Source of the DNA: Botryllus schlosseri
Taxonomy: Eukaryota
Length of the DNA: 64,000 nucleotides
Direction: 5' to 3'
NCBI GenBank assembly: GCA_051294905.1
Contig: CM119372.1
Location: 17,300,001-17,364,000, forward strand
The position numbers were made by a program, and so were the translations under genes. Numbering within the stretch: position 1 is the first letter of the stretch; each line of letters begins with the position of its first letter. Below, in pieces: positions 52,380-64,000 of the stretch. Below the pieces are notes generated by a model. That model had not been told where the DNA came from. It ran no database searches and saw nothing but the letters and a program-made list of their open reading frames with translations.

Positions 52380-52479
52380 CTAGAAATATCCCGTGAGCGG
52401 GAAAGTTTATAGAGTTGTTATCGCCTCATGAAAAAAAAAAACATACAGCGCAATACGTTCACCCATGCTCTTATAATAC

Positions 52480-52600
52480 CTGGTTGCATATCAGCCAATT
52501 CGTCCAAAGATGCGATTATCTCGCTGACATCTTCTTCAGGAAATCTCGTTTTAAAATCGTCCTGCAGGAGCTGCATGTACTCATTGTAGGCGTCGTGATC
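52480..52600 (-). CDS. Internal exon (121 bp): DHDAYNEYMQLLQDDFKTRFPEEDVSEIIASLDELADMQP
   Basis: TACAG| acceptor, CAG|GTATT donor; phases 0 to 1 are compatible with both neighbours; strongly acidic. Confidence 0.75.
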
Positions 52601-52686
52601 CTGTACGCAAATCCGAAATAGATTTATTTTTCGCTGCTGTACTTATATGCGCTGACTGACTCTCGCCAGTAGGCTATACAACTTAC

Positions 52687-52736
52687 TTCAGATTTCAGAT
52701 TCGCTATTTCGTTGATGTGCGATTCAACGTCTTTAC
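52687..52736 (-). CDS. Internal exon (50 bp): (G)KDVESHINEIANLKSE
   Basis: CTAGCAG| acceptor, GAA|GTAAGT donor, 86-bp intron to the next exon in phase 0. Confidence 0.65.
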
Positions 52737-53848
52737 CTGCTAGTGCAAATTTGGTTGCTAATTTAATTCCAGTGTTGATGGCCGGCCTGTGATATGTGGA
52801 GCAAAGTATAAAAACTCTATACCGTTATTTTTTTTATTTCTATTGTTCGATGTAAAGCCGGGAATACGCGATCCGTCCGTAACGCATGCGGAATTGTCTC
52901 GCATTTCCTATTTCAGTGATATTAGTGAAATTGCGTCATCGCAATTGATAGTAAATAATACGTGCCCAATGCCCAGCCGTGACAGCGATCTGTCGATGAA
53001 TGTGCTTTGGACCTTGGATAATATGAAAACTTACGTCACTGTGATATTTTCCTGGCAATGATATTAGATTGTATCAGAATAGTAACATGCGTTGTTTCAT
53101 GAAGCGGCGCGAGAACAGAAGACGTGAAAGTGGCCAACGGAAAGTGCTACATGGTGCATACAGGTATACTAAACCCATGGCATCAAACAAATGAACTTTT
53201 CACCATGAATTTTCACATTTTCTGCCAACTCACCTATTGTATTGCCACATATAGCAAATATAGCTAGGAGTTCGACCACTGTAACCTAGATAGGCGCTAA
53301 CCAAACGTCGCATTGGTTTTCCCGTCAACGACATAGCTCTTGACGGATGGAACTACGCAACACGCATGAAAGCGAATTCATTCGACTTGTCGCACTTTTG
53401 CTCGTTCTACTCCTCATTTTATCCTCGCCCCTTCTTCTCTCTCGCACGCATCCGTTTGAGAAGATAGGAGAGAAAGAAACGGACACGTTTACGGATCGTC
53501 TATTCACGGCTTAAAGGCGTCGATCGACGTTTGTAACAATTTTACACCAGGCCGTTACATTCGTTGTAGGATTCTTTCCTGTCGACTTATAACACGAGCC
53601 ACGTTCGCTATCGATTTTTTTGTACGGCCCATATTCAACTTGAGTGTCAAAGAGGATATAGTAGAAAGAAACCTTCAACTTTTCGCCTAGGATCCTAGAT
53701 TCAACATAGGTCTTACTAAAGCCCACATCCCCTTTGAGTTACGGTATATTTTTGACGTTGAATGGCATGGTGCATTTGAGAGATTTGGATGTTACTGCGT
53801 AGTGATTAAACGGAATAAAAATAGATTGCTAACGCACAGCAATTTTAC

Positions 53849-54031
53849 TCACGAGTGTGTGTTGTAAAACTTGTACGCCTTTTTAACACCATTTCCCACT
53901 GTTCTCACTATTCTCTTCCCCCAGCGCCGTCTCCTTCTGCTGCTTCTCCTTCTCCTTCTACTCCAAGCGTCCCCGTCCGGAATCAAGAGTACCAGCACTA
54001 CCAAAATCGTAAGCGAAACAACAAATTTCAT
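53849..54031 (-). CDS. First coding exon of a secreted cationic (antimicrobial-peptide-like) precursor: signal peptide + WSRRRRRSSRRRRRWGKRIVRTVGNGVKKAYKFYNTHS
   Basis: ATG 54031 directly follows acceptor TCGTTTCAG|; MKFVVSLTILVVLVLLIPDGDA is a typical 22-aa signal peptide; the next 38 aa hold 16 K/R and no D/E; a GTGAGT donor at 53852 overlaps the TGA. Confidence 0.8.
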   Translation of the reverse strand: MKFVVSLTILVVLVLLIPDGDAWSRRRRRSSRRRRRWGKRIVRTVGNGVKKAYKFYNTHS

Positions 54032-54563
54032 CTGAAACGAAGCGGTTGAAGATTTTACGTCATCGCATAATACTAACTTGATTAATATATGGCTCTTCCA
54101 TATGTTAGTTGAAAAGGTTATTTCCCGGAATCGGATACGATTGCCACCTGCAATGCAAAATTTATTCTCGTCCACACAAGATCGAAATTCAATGGGGATT
54201 TGTCATGATATGCATACGGCTTCACAAGCCTAACTAAACATTCTACAGGCTTGCTACCTCTGGCTTGAGGTATTTGAACAATTTAATGGGAATGTGAATG
54301 CAAATTGGGCATATGAATAGGTTTATACGGCGTGATGGGAAAATCCGTAACGGTAGTCATTGGGCCTGGCCCGTATAATTTCCAGTAGTCAAGGGTGAAT
54401 ATATGTTTTTCAAGCTGTTGGACACGGGTTGTGCGTTAGAGAGTGAGAGAGTGAGAGAAAGAAAGAGAGAAAGATAGATAGACGTAAGCATAAAAAATGA
54501 ACATTTAACAATGACGCAAATTCCGATTATTAGCTCTGCATCATCGACACTGAAGGTACTCAC

Positions 54564-54649
54564 CGTTAATAATCGTACGCCAAGCGCAGACGTAGCAACG
54601 GATCAACATAAAATGAGGTATAGAAAGCTCCGTGAAGGTAACTTTTATA
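54564..54649 (-). promoter_or_regulatory. TATA box, initiator and short non-coding exon 1 of the peptide gene
   Basis: Minus strand: TATAAAAG (54649-54642), TCATTT initiator-like motif about 30-35 bp downstream, ~50-bp exon, ACG|GTGAGT donor at 54563, 532-bp intron ending at the ATG. Confidence 0.7.
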
Positions 54650-54989
54650 CTTTCCGGAGTCACATCTTATGTATTGCCGGAATCTGATTCACATCACACC
54701 TATCCTTCCAACGCAGAATACCAGTCACGCTGGCCACATATCTGAGATGACAAAACAGGGAATGTCAGGACGCTTTTCAATGTGATACACACATATATAA
54801 TATATAACACGTAGCAATAAAATCATATCAAAGAATAACATTAAGCCCATTTACATGGCCCTTTGGGTCAGCTTCGAAGCTGACTCGTCACTCCGACTCT
54901 CTCGTTTTTGAAAAAGAGAAAAAGGCAGACGGCTTCAATCCGTCTTGAGCTCAATCCGTTCCGCAGAGTCGCTTGGAGACGACTTGAAC

Positions 54990-55026
54990 TATAGATAACT
55001 AACCTACGGTAGGTTAGTTATCTATA
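54990..55026. mobile_element. 37-bp minimal MITE (perfect 18+1+18 palindrome), P-like termini
   Basis: TATAGATAACTAACCTAC-G-GTAGGTTAGTTATCTATA flanked by a perfect 7-bp direct repeat CTTGAAC. Confidence 0.8.
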
Positions 55027-55249
55027 CTTGAACAGTACCGGTACTTGAAAACGAATCCAGACTACAGCAACATACCAACATTCCATGTTCATATTTCACG
55101 AAACCGGCACGTATTTCAACTGGGTGAATATGAAAGCTCTATCAGTGCATGATACTGCTTTTATAATATGCACGTGGTCTTATTTGTTCAGCGTCACAAC
55201 TTATGAAGCGAATACATCCAACAATATAGCTTGCACAACTCACTATCAG

Positions 55250-55370
55250 AAAGAATATATACACGGTGTATTTGGTCATTCTAGAATTGTGTTGAAGTAT
55301 TTCTGGATATTTCAACTGCCGTATCATATTCCCGAGCTGAATCCCAAAGAGCTGTGTACCATTCGAGCTG
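55250..55370 (+). pseudogene. Possible IS630/Tc1-like transposase scrap
   Basis: QLPYHIPELNPKEL resembles the LPPYHPELNPIE motif; the rest of ORF 55085..55579 is not recognisable. Confidence 0.35.
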
Positions 55371-57260
55371 CGATAAACATGACCAATGACCATGTAAACT
55401 CGATCACTTTGGCAAGCCGTCTCATGACGTCACTCCAAGACGACTTGGCTTCAAGACGACTTGACCATGTAGATGGGCTTAGCCACTACGATCACTGTGG
55501 CATATGTTGTGACAGTTTGGTCTTCAAAATTGACAAATATAATTTACGATTTAGTTACGCATATTATTTTGCAAATTAACATAAAGTCGATTATTATTTC
55601 TGCAACTCGAAAATTTTCTTCGCGCTTCGCGCGATTCCCATGCAAGAGCATACTTATTGTTAATTTGGGGATGTCGTTACCTCCGACAACATAATGGTCG
55701 GCTTATAATAAAAAATAGAACAGAAGTTTGAAAAATGAAATTAGACTTTTTTGCAATTATGGAATAATTGCGCCTTTAGGTCGTTAGGGTGCTTTAGTCG
55801 AGTGGCGTGAAACCTGCTGGGCCTGGACTATCACACTCCCACATCTCGGCGCTGACCGTAACTTCCACCCCAAAACACGACAAGACCTGTGACATTTCGT
55901 GCACCGGCGGAGGCGATTTACATTTGAACCCTAAAATCACAGCACATCGGTTAAACCTTCGATATCATTTCTCCAGTCGCTGAAATGTCTCTTGTCCCTG
56001 AAATCCAAACCAATTGTGTTGACAGCCAATGCATCCTCTGGGCGCACTCACCAACTCACTGCGCGGTCCCTCGGACAACAGTGCGTAGCGACTAAAAAGG
56101 GTCATCGCTTCGGCTTTTTTGTTGGCAGCTTGAATTTTATGTGCGCCGAAACAGTGTAGGCACTGCGCAATTGAGCGCGCGTGCTGTATAAAGGGGACAG
56201 TGTTGACAATCCTATGGGTCCTACGACCAGCCTTCGGGGCGGCTAGACAAAGTGCTGTTTCGATCATGGATTGGAGGACGAAAAACATTTCATGACAGCT
56301 CATGGGGTACAAGCGCTAAAAACTTTGAGAAACGCTGGACAATAGAGAAAGGTAGGACAAGGTTTTCTTCGCTCTGGAGTAGTAATACAACAAATAACTA
56401 AATCAGCTTGCTGTAGAGTGATACATTATAGCTTTCATTCCCTGTAAATGTTTATCTTTAGAAATAGTACATTTATGGATATCTCGGACAATCGATAACT
56501 CGGTAAAAAGATGAACTTTCTTATATTATCGGGGATGTTGCAATCGCGGATAGACCACGCCAGCCCCGACAACATTATTTTGCTGCAATCACCTCTTCAA
56601 AATTTGGCAGATACATAACCACGGTCAAGAATATAAAATTGCGATGTGTTTCGGCATAAAACTGTTATGCTTCAACAAATCCACTTTGTATTTCTAGGTA
56701 GTTCTCTATGTATACCTTTTTTCATTTTTTTATAGACGAGTGATGAAAATCGCACGTGAGATTGACAACAGAAAATAAATGATTGTCATGAAGCTTCAGT
56801 GAAACATCGCAGCATGCGACTGAATGCCAGCTGTCCAAAAATGAAAAGGAATGAAAAGGCATCAAAAAACAACCTGTTAGTTCTAGTGTTAATTTATATA
56901 ATGAATGTGTACTCGATTTGCTGGAGTAGATTAGGGAATTTATTATTTTCGAATCTGAATCCTGTTACGTAGGCCTATTTGAGATTCAGATCGAGGCAAA
57001 ATAGAATGCCAGAATTCAATTCGCATCGTGTCCGCATCCTAGTCGATATTCGGTGATGACAGAGTTTTTCATAAGATTCATGAAAAGTCCGTATCCAAGT
57101 TCAAATCAAAATCCGTCTTCAAAGAAGTCAAAAATCCCAATACGAACCTAATCAGGTCAATAATTTTTGATCTTTTTTTCAAACTGAAAACTCATGCATG
57201 CTCGTCCATAACCACGTTGGCTATGTCCAAAAGTAACACCACATCGCTAACTATTTAGAT

Positions 57261-57469
57261 CAGGGGTGTCAAACTCAACTTGGGTCACGGGCCGGATTCC
57301 ACCCCGTATCGCCAGCGGGCCGTAAAATCCTTGCCTTGTTTTTCGCTGGAATATTTTTTTTCGAGCCCATTCACGTAATATTATAGGCCTATTACATTAT
57401 ATTTTGGATCACTTTATTCGCAAACGACGAAATGGCAAATACGGTGATTGACCGGTTGAATATAGTTAT
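57261..57469. mobile_element. Left end of a Charlie-type MITE related to 59217, truncated by family B
   Basis: CAGGGGTGTCAAACTCAA...CGGGCCGGATTC. Confidence 0.65.
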
Positions 57470-57934
57470 CAGGGATGGTGTGAACCTCTGAAAGGTTCAG
57501 GTTTGTGTGAACGCGAACCTTTTTGAAAGGTTCTGTGTGGACGCGAACGTGAACCTCATGACGTCACGTGACGTCGTATTGCTAATTGCAACCCTGCATT
57601 TCAGTGAAGTGCTAGCCTATATCAATGTACGCGGTGCCTAGCGACGACACAGGCCACATAATGCAGCAATGCTGAAGTACATATTGACGTTGCAAACGTC
57701 GACAAATGTATCAACTGGGACAATCAAATGATATAATGATCCCATAAAACCAATGTCTTCCGTCGATTTGTCAACAATTTCGACGATGACTTGCAAGGGA
57801 ATATGTGCTTACGCCTTAACGGTATAGGCCAGGCGGACAATGTATTCGGCGAGTATTGCTACGTTGGTATTGAGAAGTGTTAAAAACGGATACTTGCTAC
57901 CGATATCACCCCATTAACAAGTTATACAGCAGTG

Positions 57935-59046
57935 CATAGGAGCCGAACCTGGGTATGCAAGGTATGCCACGCATACCTAGACATTTTTCTAGGTATGCGG
58001 CATACCTGGAATTTGGTTTTGCATGTATCGGCATAAGGCCCGTTTGCGTTATTTAGAATAAATCGCAATGTATTTCCGTTTACGACATTACCTGCGGCCG
58101 CTTATGTAAGCGAGGTGGCCCGTTGCGCGCGGCCAATTACCGAGAAGCGTGTTGCCAATTAGCGAGAAGCGTGTTGCCAATTAGCGAGATTCGTCTGTGC
58201 AAAATGTAACGCGACGCGATTTCCCGCTGAGATGATCGCGAAATTATGTCATTGATTGCCGTGCGCTCGGCAATCGTCGCTTGCCTGATTTATCTCGTCT
58301 CCAACAAGCCTAGTTTCAGTGGCTTGAAGAATAACATCTGCAGTAGGCCCGGTGCGCACTATACCATCGCTAGCCTGCATTGGCGCGCACGATATCATCG
58401 CTTGCCTACACAATCGCATCTGGTACGATAGGGATAGATATCATCGCTGGCCAACTATCGCGTCTCGGGTCAAGCATGCGTTGACTCGTATCTCTCGATG
58501 GCTTGGAGACAATGCCGTTAGTGTATACTGATTAGCGATTGTGATTAAAGAGTGACATCCCTAAACTGAACGACATCGAATGTCCGCAGACATGTGCGAT
58601 TGCTCGTGCGCCGTGCATGCGTAATTGAATTCCGCTAATACTTAAACTTAACCATCAGAAGATGTGCGTCAAGGCTTGAGTTGTAAAAGACGAATAAAGG
58701 TTTGAACAACCTGAAATCTAGAACAGATTCCTTAACAACTCGGACATTTTGCTTTGCGCAAATCGTCGCCGAGGTTACGTAATACGTGTTGATAAGCAGC
58801 GAATTTAATTGTTCGCGAGCGATCAGGGACTCGCTAATTGACAGCACTTCCGGACTCGTTGGTAAACTTATCATACCCGAAAGTTCGTTAACACGAGGAG
58901 ATTGTATAATCGGCATCAACGCATGCACTTTACCGTAGTGAATGCTATATTAACCCTAATTATCAATTCCGTCACATTATGACGTCATTACTCTGTGACG
59001 TCATCGAACCCGCATACCTAAGGAAAATTAGCGTCCGGCGCCTATG
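57935..59046. mobile_element. Non-autonomous DNA element with CATAGG termini
   Basis: CATAGGAGCCG / CGGCGCCTATG; approximate TSD AGCAGTG/AGCAGTAG; GCATACC subterminal motifs. Confidence 0.8.
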
Positions 59047-59216
59047 AGCAGTAGACAACACCTCAATTGCAAGGATTATGTTATTATGATATAATAAACA
59101 TATGAAATCAAGATTGAATCCGTGCGCCTGCTACATTTTTACATCAGACATCGATATCAATTTCATTGATTGGTTGAATAAGCATCAATCGGTGACTGCC
59201 TAGTGCTTTCATAGTG

Positions 59217-60053
59217 CAGGGGTGTCAAACTCAAATTGCGTCGCGGGCCGGATTCAAACCATCTGATCGCTCGCGGGCCGGAGCATTCAAATGATTGAAA
59301 TTCCATACCCTTGTTTTTTGCTTGAATACTCAATTATTAAGCCTACACAATAATACATTAAATTATGACGGATCATAGGATTCTACTCTAGCAACATTAT
59401 TAGCGAACAATGGAATTAGCAAAATTGAGATTATAGCTGGTTACATACGGTAATATAAACTGCGAAATGAGTAGCTGTACGGACGATATACCTCCTGTGT
59501 ATGCGTTATGAGGAATACGAGATATATATTGGAGCTGGTTTATTACTATTACATCGCGATTCGCGTTTCTCCGTATGTAGAGGTTCTGTTAAGTCATAAG
59601 CGAAATTGGGAATGCGTCCACAGATATTTGAGTTATATTTGTGTGTAATAATTTCATTCTCCATGTAACCTGCAAATACCGGTTTCTCACTATGGCGGTT
59701 TCACATCTGTGGTTCACTACTTTTTGGTCCACTTTTCCGTAAAACTCGGAATTGAGTGTGCATTTTTTGCCTTCTCGGAATTTGACGTAAATGACAGCTT
59801 TTCCATGCTGATAGTGACTAGAGTGAAACCACAACACCGCTGTCGCATGGTCATAATGTGACCTGTGAACAATTGAACATACTCGACATTTGCTGTCTTG
59901 TGTATATTTGATTATAATATTTCTTACAAAAATCTCAACATTTGTAAGAAATGTGCTGTATAATACAGCCATTTTTCAAAATAGCTTCGCGGGCCGGATG
60001 AAATAGTCTGGCGGGCCGGATGCGGCCCTCGGGCCGTATGTTTGACACCCCTG
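59217..60053. mobile_element. hAT Charlie-type MITE
   Basis: TIR CAGGGGTGTCAAAC / GTTTGACACCCCTG; degenerate TSD TCATAGTG/ATGTAGTG. Confidence 0.85.
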
Positions 60054-61489
60054 ATGTAGTGTATTTCGCTCTTGATGTTGTGTGATTGCGGGTCAAGCTC
60101 ACAGCAGAGGGTCAAGCTGGATATTTCGAGCAAACTTTTGTAACAAAGCAAGTCAAATTTTCGATATTGTCAAGGTGCATGCTCGTTTAGTATAGATTGT
60201 TTTTATGCTGCCAGCGCCATGCATAGAGTGGCCCGCAGTTGAAATGCAATAGATTTCAACCAAAGATGCTATAATGAAGTGAAAATTGTAAGATATAGAA
60301 AAAGGTTCACAGTGCAGAACCTACCAAGGTTCGTTTGTGAACGTGAACCTCTAAATTTCTGAGGTTCACACACAGAACGCGAACGTGAACCTCACGTTTA
60401 CACCATCCCTCCCGCTAAAACAGAGAGTCCAACGACGTTCTAAGTTTGCATATTTCTCAGCTCCTGTTGTTTCGGTCGTGATCTGGCGTTATAGCTATGA
60501 GTGGGCCTTGTGAGAAATATATGATATTTGCCCGTCAACGCGGACGTTTGGATATGGTTCTTTAGGGTTTCTCTGAAGCTCGAGGTCTTTTGAGTCAGAA
60601 ATGATGAGGCAGAGTGAACACAAATATTTGAATTTTATTTTTGTGTAACAACTGCATATAACGGTTGTGCATTGGCGTCTCGCTGCTGTGAATAAGTGTA
60701 CTAGCTTACTCCTTGGTCAATTTTACCACAAAACTCTGCACTCATGTGTACAAATTACCAATTCATTTTGTTGACTGTTAACTAACTGGGCCTACTGTTA
60801 TTTTAGTGGTTCTAGTTCAGGGGACACCAACGCGGTGCCCGCGGGCCCCAGGTAGCCCGCGAGGACCAGATGAGTAGCCCGCGAGCCTGTTCTAAAAATA
60901 GATCGAATAGCAGCTTTTACCAATATTCGTCAAATTATTACCAGTGAATTTTAAATATATTATAGATTGATTGATTTAGCTATTCTTTTTTGAATCACAC
61001 TAGCATGTACCTTTCAAATGACAATACATATTTATAAAATGATGATATCAAATATCCTCAATTAGAATTAGTAGTATTCCAACATACAATAGAATCACAA
61101 GATATCGAAGGCGTAGGACATACGGCGCACTGCCTATACAGGCGACATGACGGAATGCTATCCACGGTCTTCTTGAAATCGCGGGGGGTTCCTTTATTTC
61201 ACATCGACGCCCAGGAAAATGCCAAGGTAGTAAACAACATTACTATTCGGTATCAGATAAAGCCGTAAAGAACTAGCAGATTTCCGATATCTGTAAGCCA
61301 ATTAGTATTGCATCTTTTGACTCAGCCTGTGTCTCTTACACTCAGTGCAGTTTAGTACAATGTTTCTATAATTTTCTGTAATCGTTGCTACTGTCCGGTC
61401 TAATGAAATCTGTCATTTCTGGATGCTGAACAGTTGGAGATTGAAATTGTAACACCGCAAAATGACCTCCACGTACAGTGGTGTATGAG

Positions 61490-62808
61490 CAGGCCGTGTT
61501 ATTTTTGGCATATGCCAAAACTGCCAAAAATAACTTATTTTTGGCATTTTTCGATTTTTATTTTTGGCAGTTTTGGCATCGTCCTCAAAATATATAGTTT
61601 CAGCCTCGAATTAGTCACAAAAACGCTTTATTTGGGCTAGTTTTTCAAAAGACACCACAAAATGTGCAGCATCCACGTATAATCAGTGCCAACAAACAAT
61701 AAGAAGAAGAAAATACCTAACGATTTCATAGGTTAATAATATCAAACGAAACCACAAAATATGCCGTATCCATCTGAATCGGTGCCAATAAGCAAATAAA
61801 AAAGAAAGAAAAGCCTAACAAACACGCTCAACTGCTTATTGTTACAGCTGTTGAATAGATTTAATTCGTTTGCACTGTAACAGTGCTTCCAAACTCAGGT
61901 CAGCTAAGTTTCTCCTAAATTCATTTCTCGCCCAGCGAATCTGGGAAATATCGGCTTCAACAGTAGCCGTTGAGGGAAAGAATGTTGCCAGTCATCCACG
62001 AAAGGTTTTCAGAGCTTCGAACTCTTTGGAGGGCCGAACCGGCTTCCATGCATCATGAAAAGAGATCACTTCGCAAGTGATATCGATCTAATCGCGGAAA
62101 GAATTTTCTTCCCGACACTTTTCCAGGAGTTTCCTGTGTTGTCTCTCAACAAATTTTATTTAGTAGCCTGACTATCATTTCTCCTTCAGTCTACCGATAG
62201 ATTTTCGGAGGACTTTTGTCACTTCAGGTGGCTTTAATATAACCAACTCGCATGGAAGAGTCCTAGGAAGGTTAGCTTGTTTAAGAACATTGACGCAACA
62301 AGACTGTCTGGCAAAACGAGACTATGCAGCTCAGAAATAGCCAGACAGTTTGTTGCGTCACAATGTTCAACTCGATCACAATGCAAAAATCGTGGTTGAT
62401 TTTGGGGGTTCCAGTTCCATGAGCAGAATATAATTTATATTTTAATAATCAGTACTACGGCAGCTTCTCATTGATACCCGTTTTATCAAATTTAGCGCCG
62501 GTCAAAAATGGTCGTAAAATTGCCTTTGGACAAATGGAAAGTATGACGTAAACCAAATGCAGTCAGTCGTTCAATCTCGCTGTGCCCACACCATTTAAGA
62601 CACCAGAGTAAGAAACCTGCCTTTCACAAACGCTCTTCTCGCTTGTAACGCGGTCCTGTTAACACAACACCATGAACGAAATACACTATTTGGCAGACCG
62701 TGTTATTTTTGGCATATGCCAAAAATTGCTTATTTTTGGCATTTTCAAATTTTTATTTTTGGCAGTTTTGGCATCTGGCTGCTGAAATGCCAAAAATAAC
62801 ACGGCCTG
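61490..62808 (-). mobile_element. hAT deletion derivative with 22-bp TIRs and a transposase C-terminal relic
   Basis: TIR CAGGCCGTGTTATTTTTGGCAT; perfect TSD TGTATGAG; minus-strand 62060-61861 reads FHDAWK...ALKTFRG*LATFFPSTATVEADISQIRWARNEFRRNLADLSLEALLQCK. Confidence 0.9.
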
Positions 62809-63149
62809 TGTATGAGCATGAGCACTGAGCAGCAGCTATGAAGATTGCAAGCGTGTTGGTTCAACTTATCGGTATGAATCAGCCTTTTTGGACATGAGCT
62901 TCATCAACAAAAACACAGAACACGCCTCACTAATGCACATCTACAGCACTCACTCAGAGTTGCAGTGTCAAGTTACATGCCAGCTAGACTACAGCGCACT
63001 AGTGTTCTAATTTCTTGATATATGCTCGAGTTGATTGTTATTGGTTTGAATCGGTATTTAGCTGGACTCCGTGCCAAGAGATTCCCGCTTTAGTGTAGTA
63101 CACTTTTAAAGAGTGTTTCACTCACCGCGAATCGTTTGAACAGAAACAA

Positions 63150-63900
63150 GAACAAGGAACGGGAAATTAAACAACGAAAACTGGGTTTGCTTTCTCAGAT
63201 ATTAATGGAAAACCGATATGTCATGTTTGTCGAAGAACAGTTGTCGTAACGAAGCGTACAAGCCTAAATGATGCCACGACAGTTTCTTCTGTATAGTTAT
63301 ACATAAGTCACTCTGATTCCACTGCGACGAATATCGCCTGATCTTAGAAAACCTTACCAGCTAGGTGTCAAGCCGGAAATCCATGTTCAGAGGCGTTGTT
63401 AAAGACGATTCGTTCGAAAGTGCTTGGTGTATCGCGAAATCCAAGAAATATGCTAGAGAAAGTGTCATTTCAATAAAACTTGAACATACTGTGCGAATAT
63501 TCGCTGTTTCCGAATCTTAGCAGCAAGGACAACGTCACCTGACAAATTTCGAAGCTGCAGTTATCTGATTCAACCGCGACCAGAAGAGTATCAGCAATGT
63601 CAGTCGTTTTTTACCACATGTTCTGAAACACGTTGCCGCGTATAGACTCACTTCAGCCACCTAGCATTGGACAAATCAACAGACTCCACAGACATTGCAT
63701 AGCTAATTATCTGGGTGCATTTTATCACAGTGGACATATTTGCAGAGGAAATAGTGGAAGCGAAAACGTGAGGAGTGGACCAGCATAAAACATCAACTTG
63801 ACCAAGCTGACTTTTGTAACTATTGGTACAGGGCTCCATCCATGGAAGGAAATGAGAAGGGCTGATTAGTTTGCTCAGAAATGACCCCTTCTCGTACCAC
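63150..63900 (+). pseudogene. Charlie/Buster (GTF2IRD2/ZBED8-like) transposase pseudogene, N-terminal half
   Basis: Broken frames give FAFSDINGKPICHVC, SFESAWCIAKSKK, LQLSDSTATRRV, LALDKSTDSTDIA*LIIWV and GAPSMEG. Confidence 0.8.
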
Positions 63901-64000
63901 TGAGAGCTCAATGTGATAATAGCCTCTGTCACGAAAAAGACACCGTAATTGTGAACTTTCCCGCTCACGCATTGAGATATACAGTTAGGTTATATTGTGG

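Larger units (their letters stand above)
57470..60410. mobile_element. hAT family B copy carrying two nested insertions
   Basis: CAGGGATGGTGTGAACC / TACACCATCCCT ends; segments are collinear with 39272-40264 once the insertions are removed. Confidence 0.85.
60818..64000 (+). mobile_element. Decayed Charlie/Buster-type hAT, probably running off the window
   Basis: CAGGGGACACCAAC...GCCCGCGGG terminus at 60818; transposase relics from about 63150. Linking the two is inference. Confidence 0.6.

Noticed and set aside
54032..54175. N-terminal 48 aa of ORF 53849..54175
   Set aside because: Lies in the predicted intron upstream of the TTTCAG acceptor; the signal peptide starts at 54031.
63648..63968. 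106-aa minus-strand ORF
   Set aside because: Antisense shadow of the plus-strand Charlie transposase pseudogene.

Overview
Repeat-saturated eukaryotic (invertebrate animal) DNA; nothing prokaryotic (no operons, rRNA, tRNA genes or CRISPR). The gene content would fit a tunicate, but the sequence alone cannot prove that. Most of the window is nested cut-and-paste transposon debris: many hAT elements and MITEs with readable 8-bp target-site duplications (TSDs), P-like, piggyBac-like and Chapaev3-like remnants, a tRNA-derived SINE, a MULE-like PHD/Ulp1 relic and a ~6-kb foldback-type element. Three things stand out. (1) An apparently perfect palindrome with arms of at least 2 kb (1-2002 / 2901-4902) inside what looks like the right end of a decayed Polinton/Maverick (ACTACT terminus at 9173). 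(2) An intact, intronless, divergent Sar1 GTPase ORF (16691-17272). (3) A multi-exon minus-strand gene (about 52291-54650) that the ORF track only partly shows; it encodes a secreted precursor made of a signal peptide, an extremely Arg-rich peptide and an acidic C-terminal extension, the architecture of ascidian antimicrobial-peptide precursors. Family assignments come from motif recognition by eye; no database searches were run. Boundaries without a TSD are approximate.
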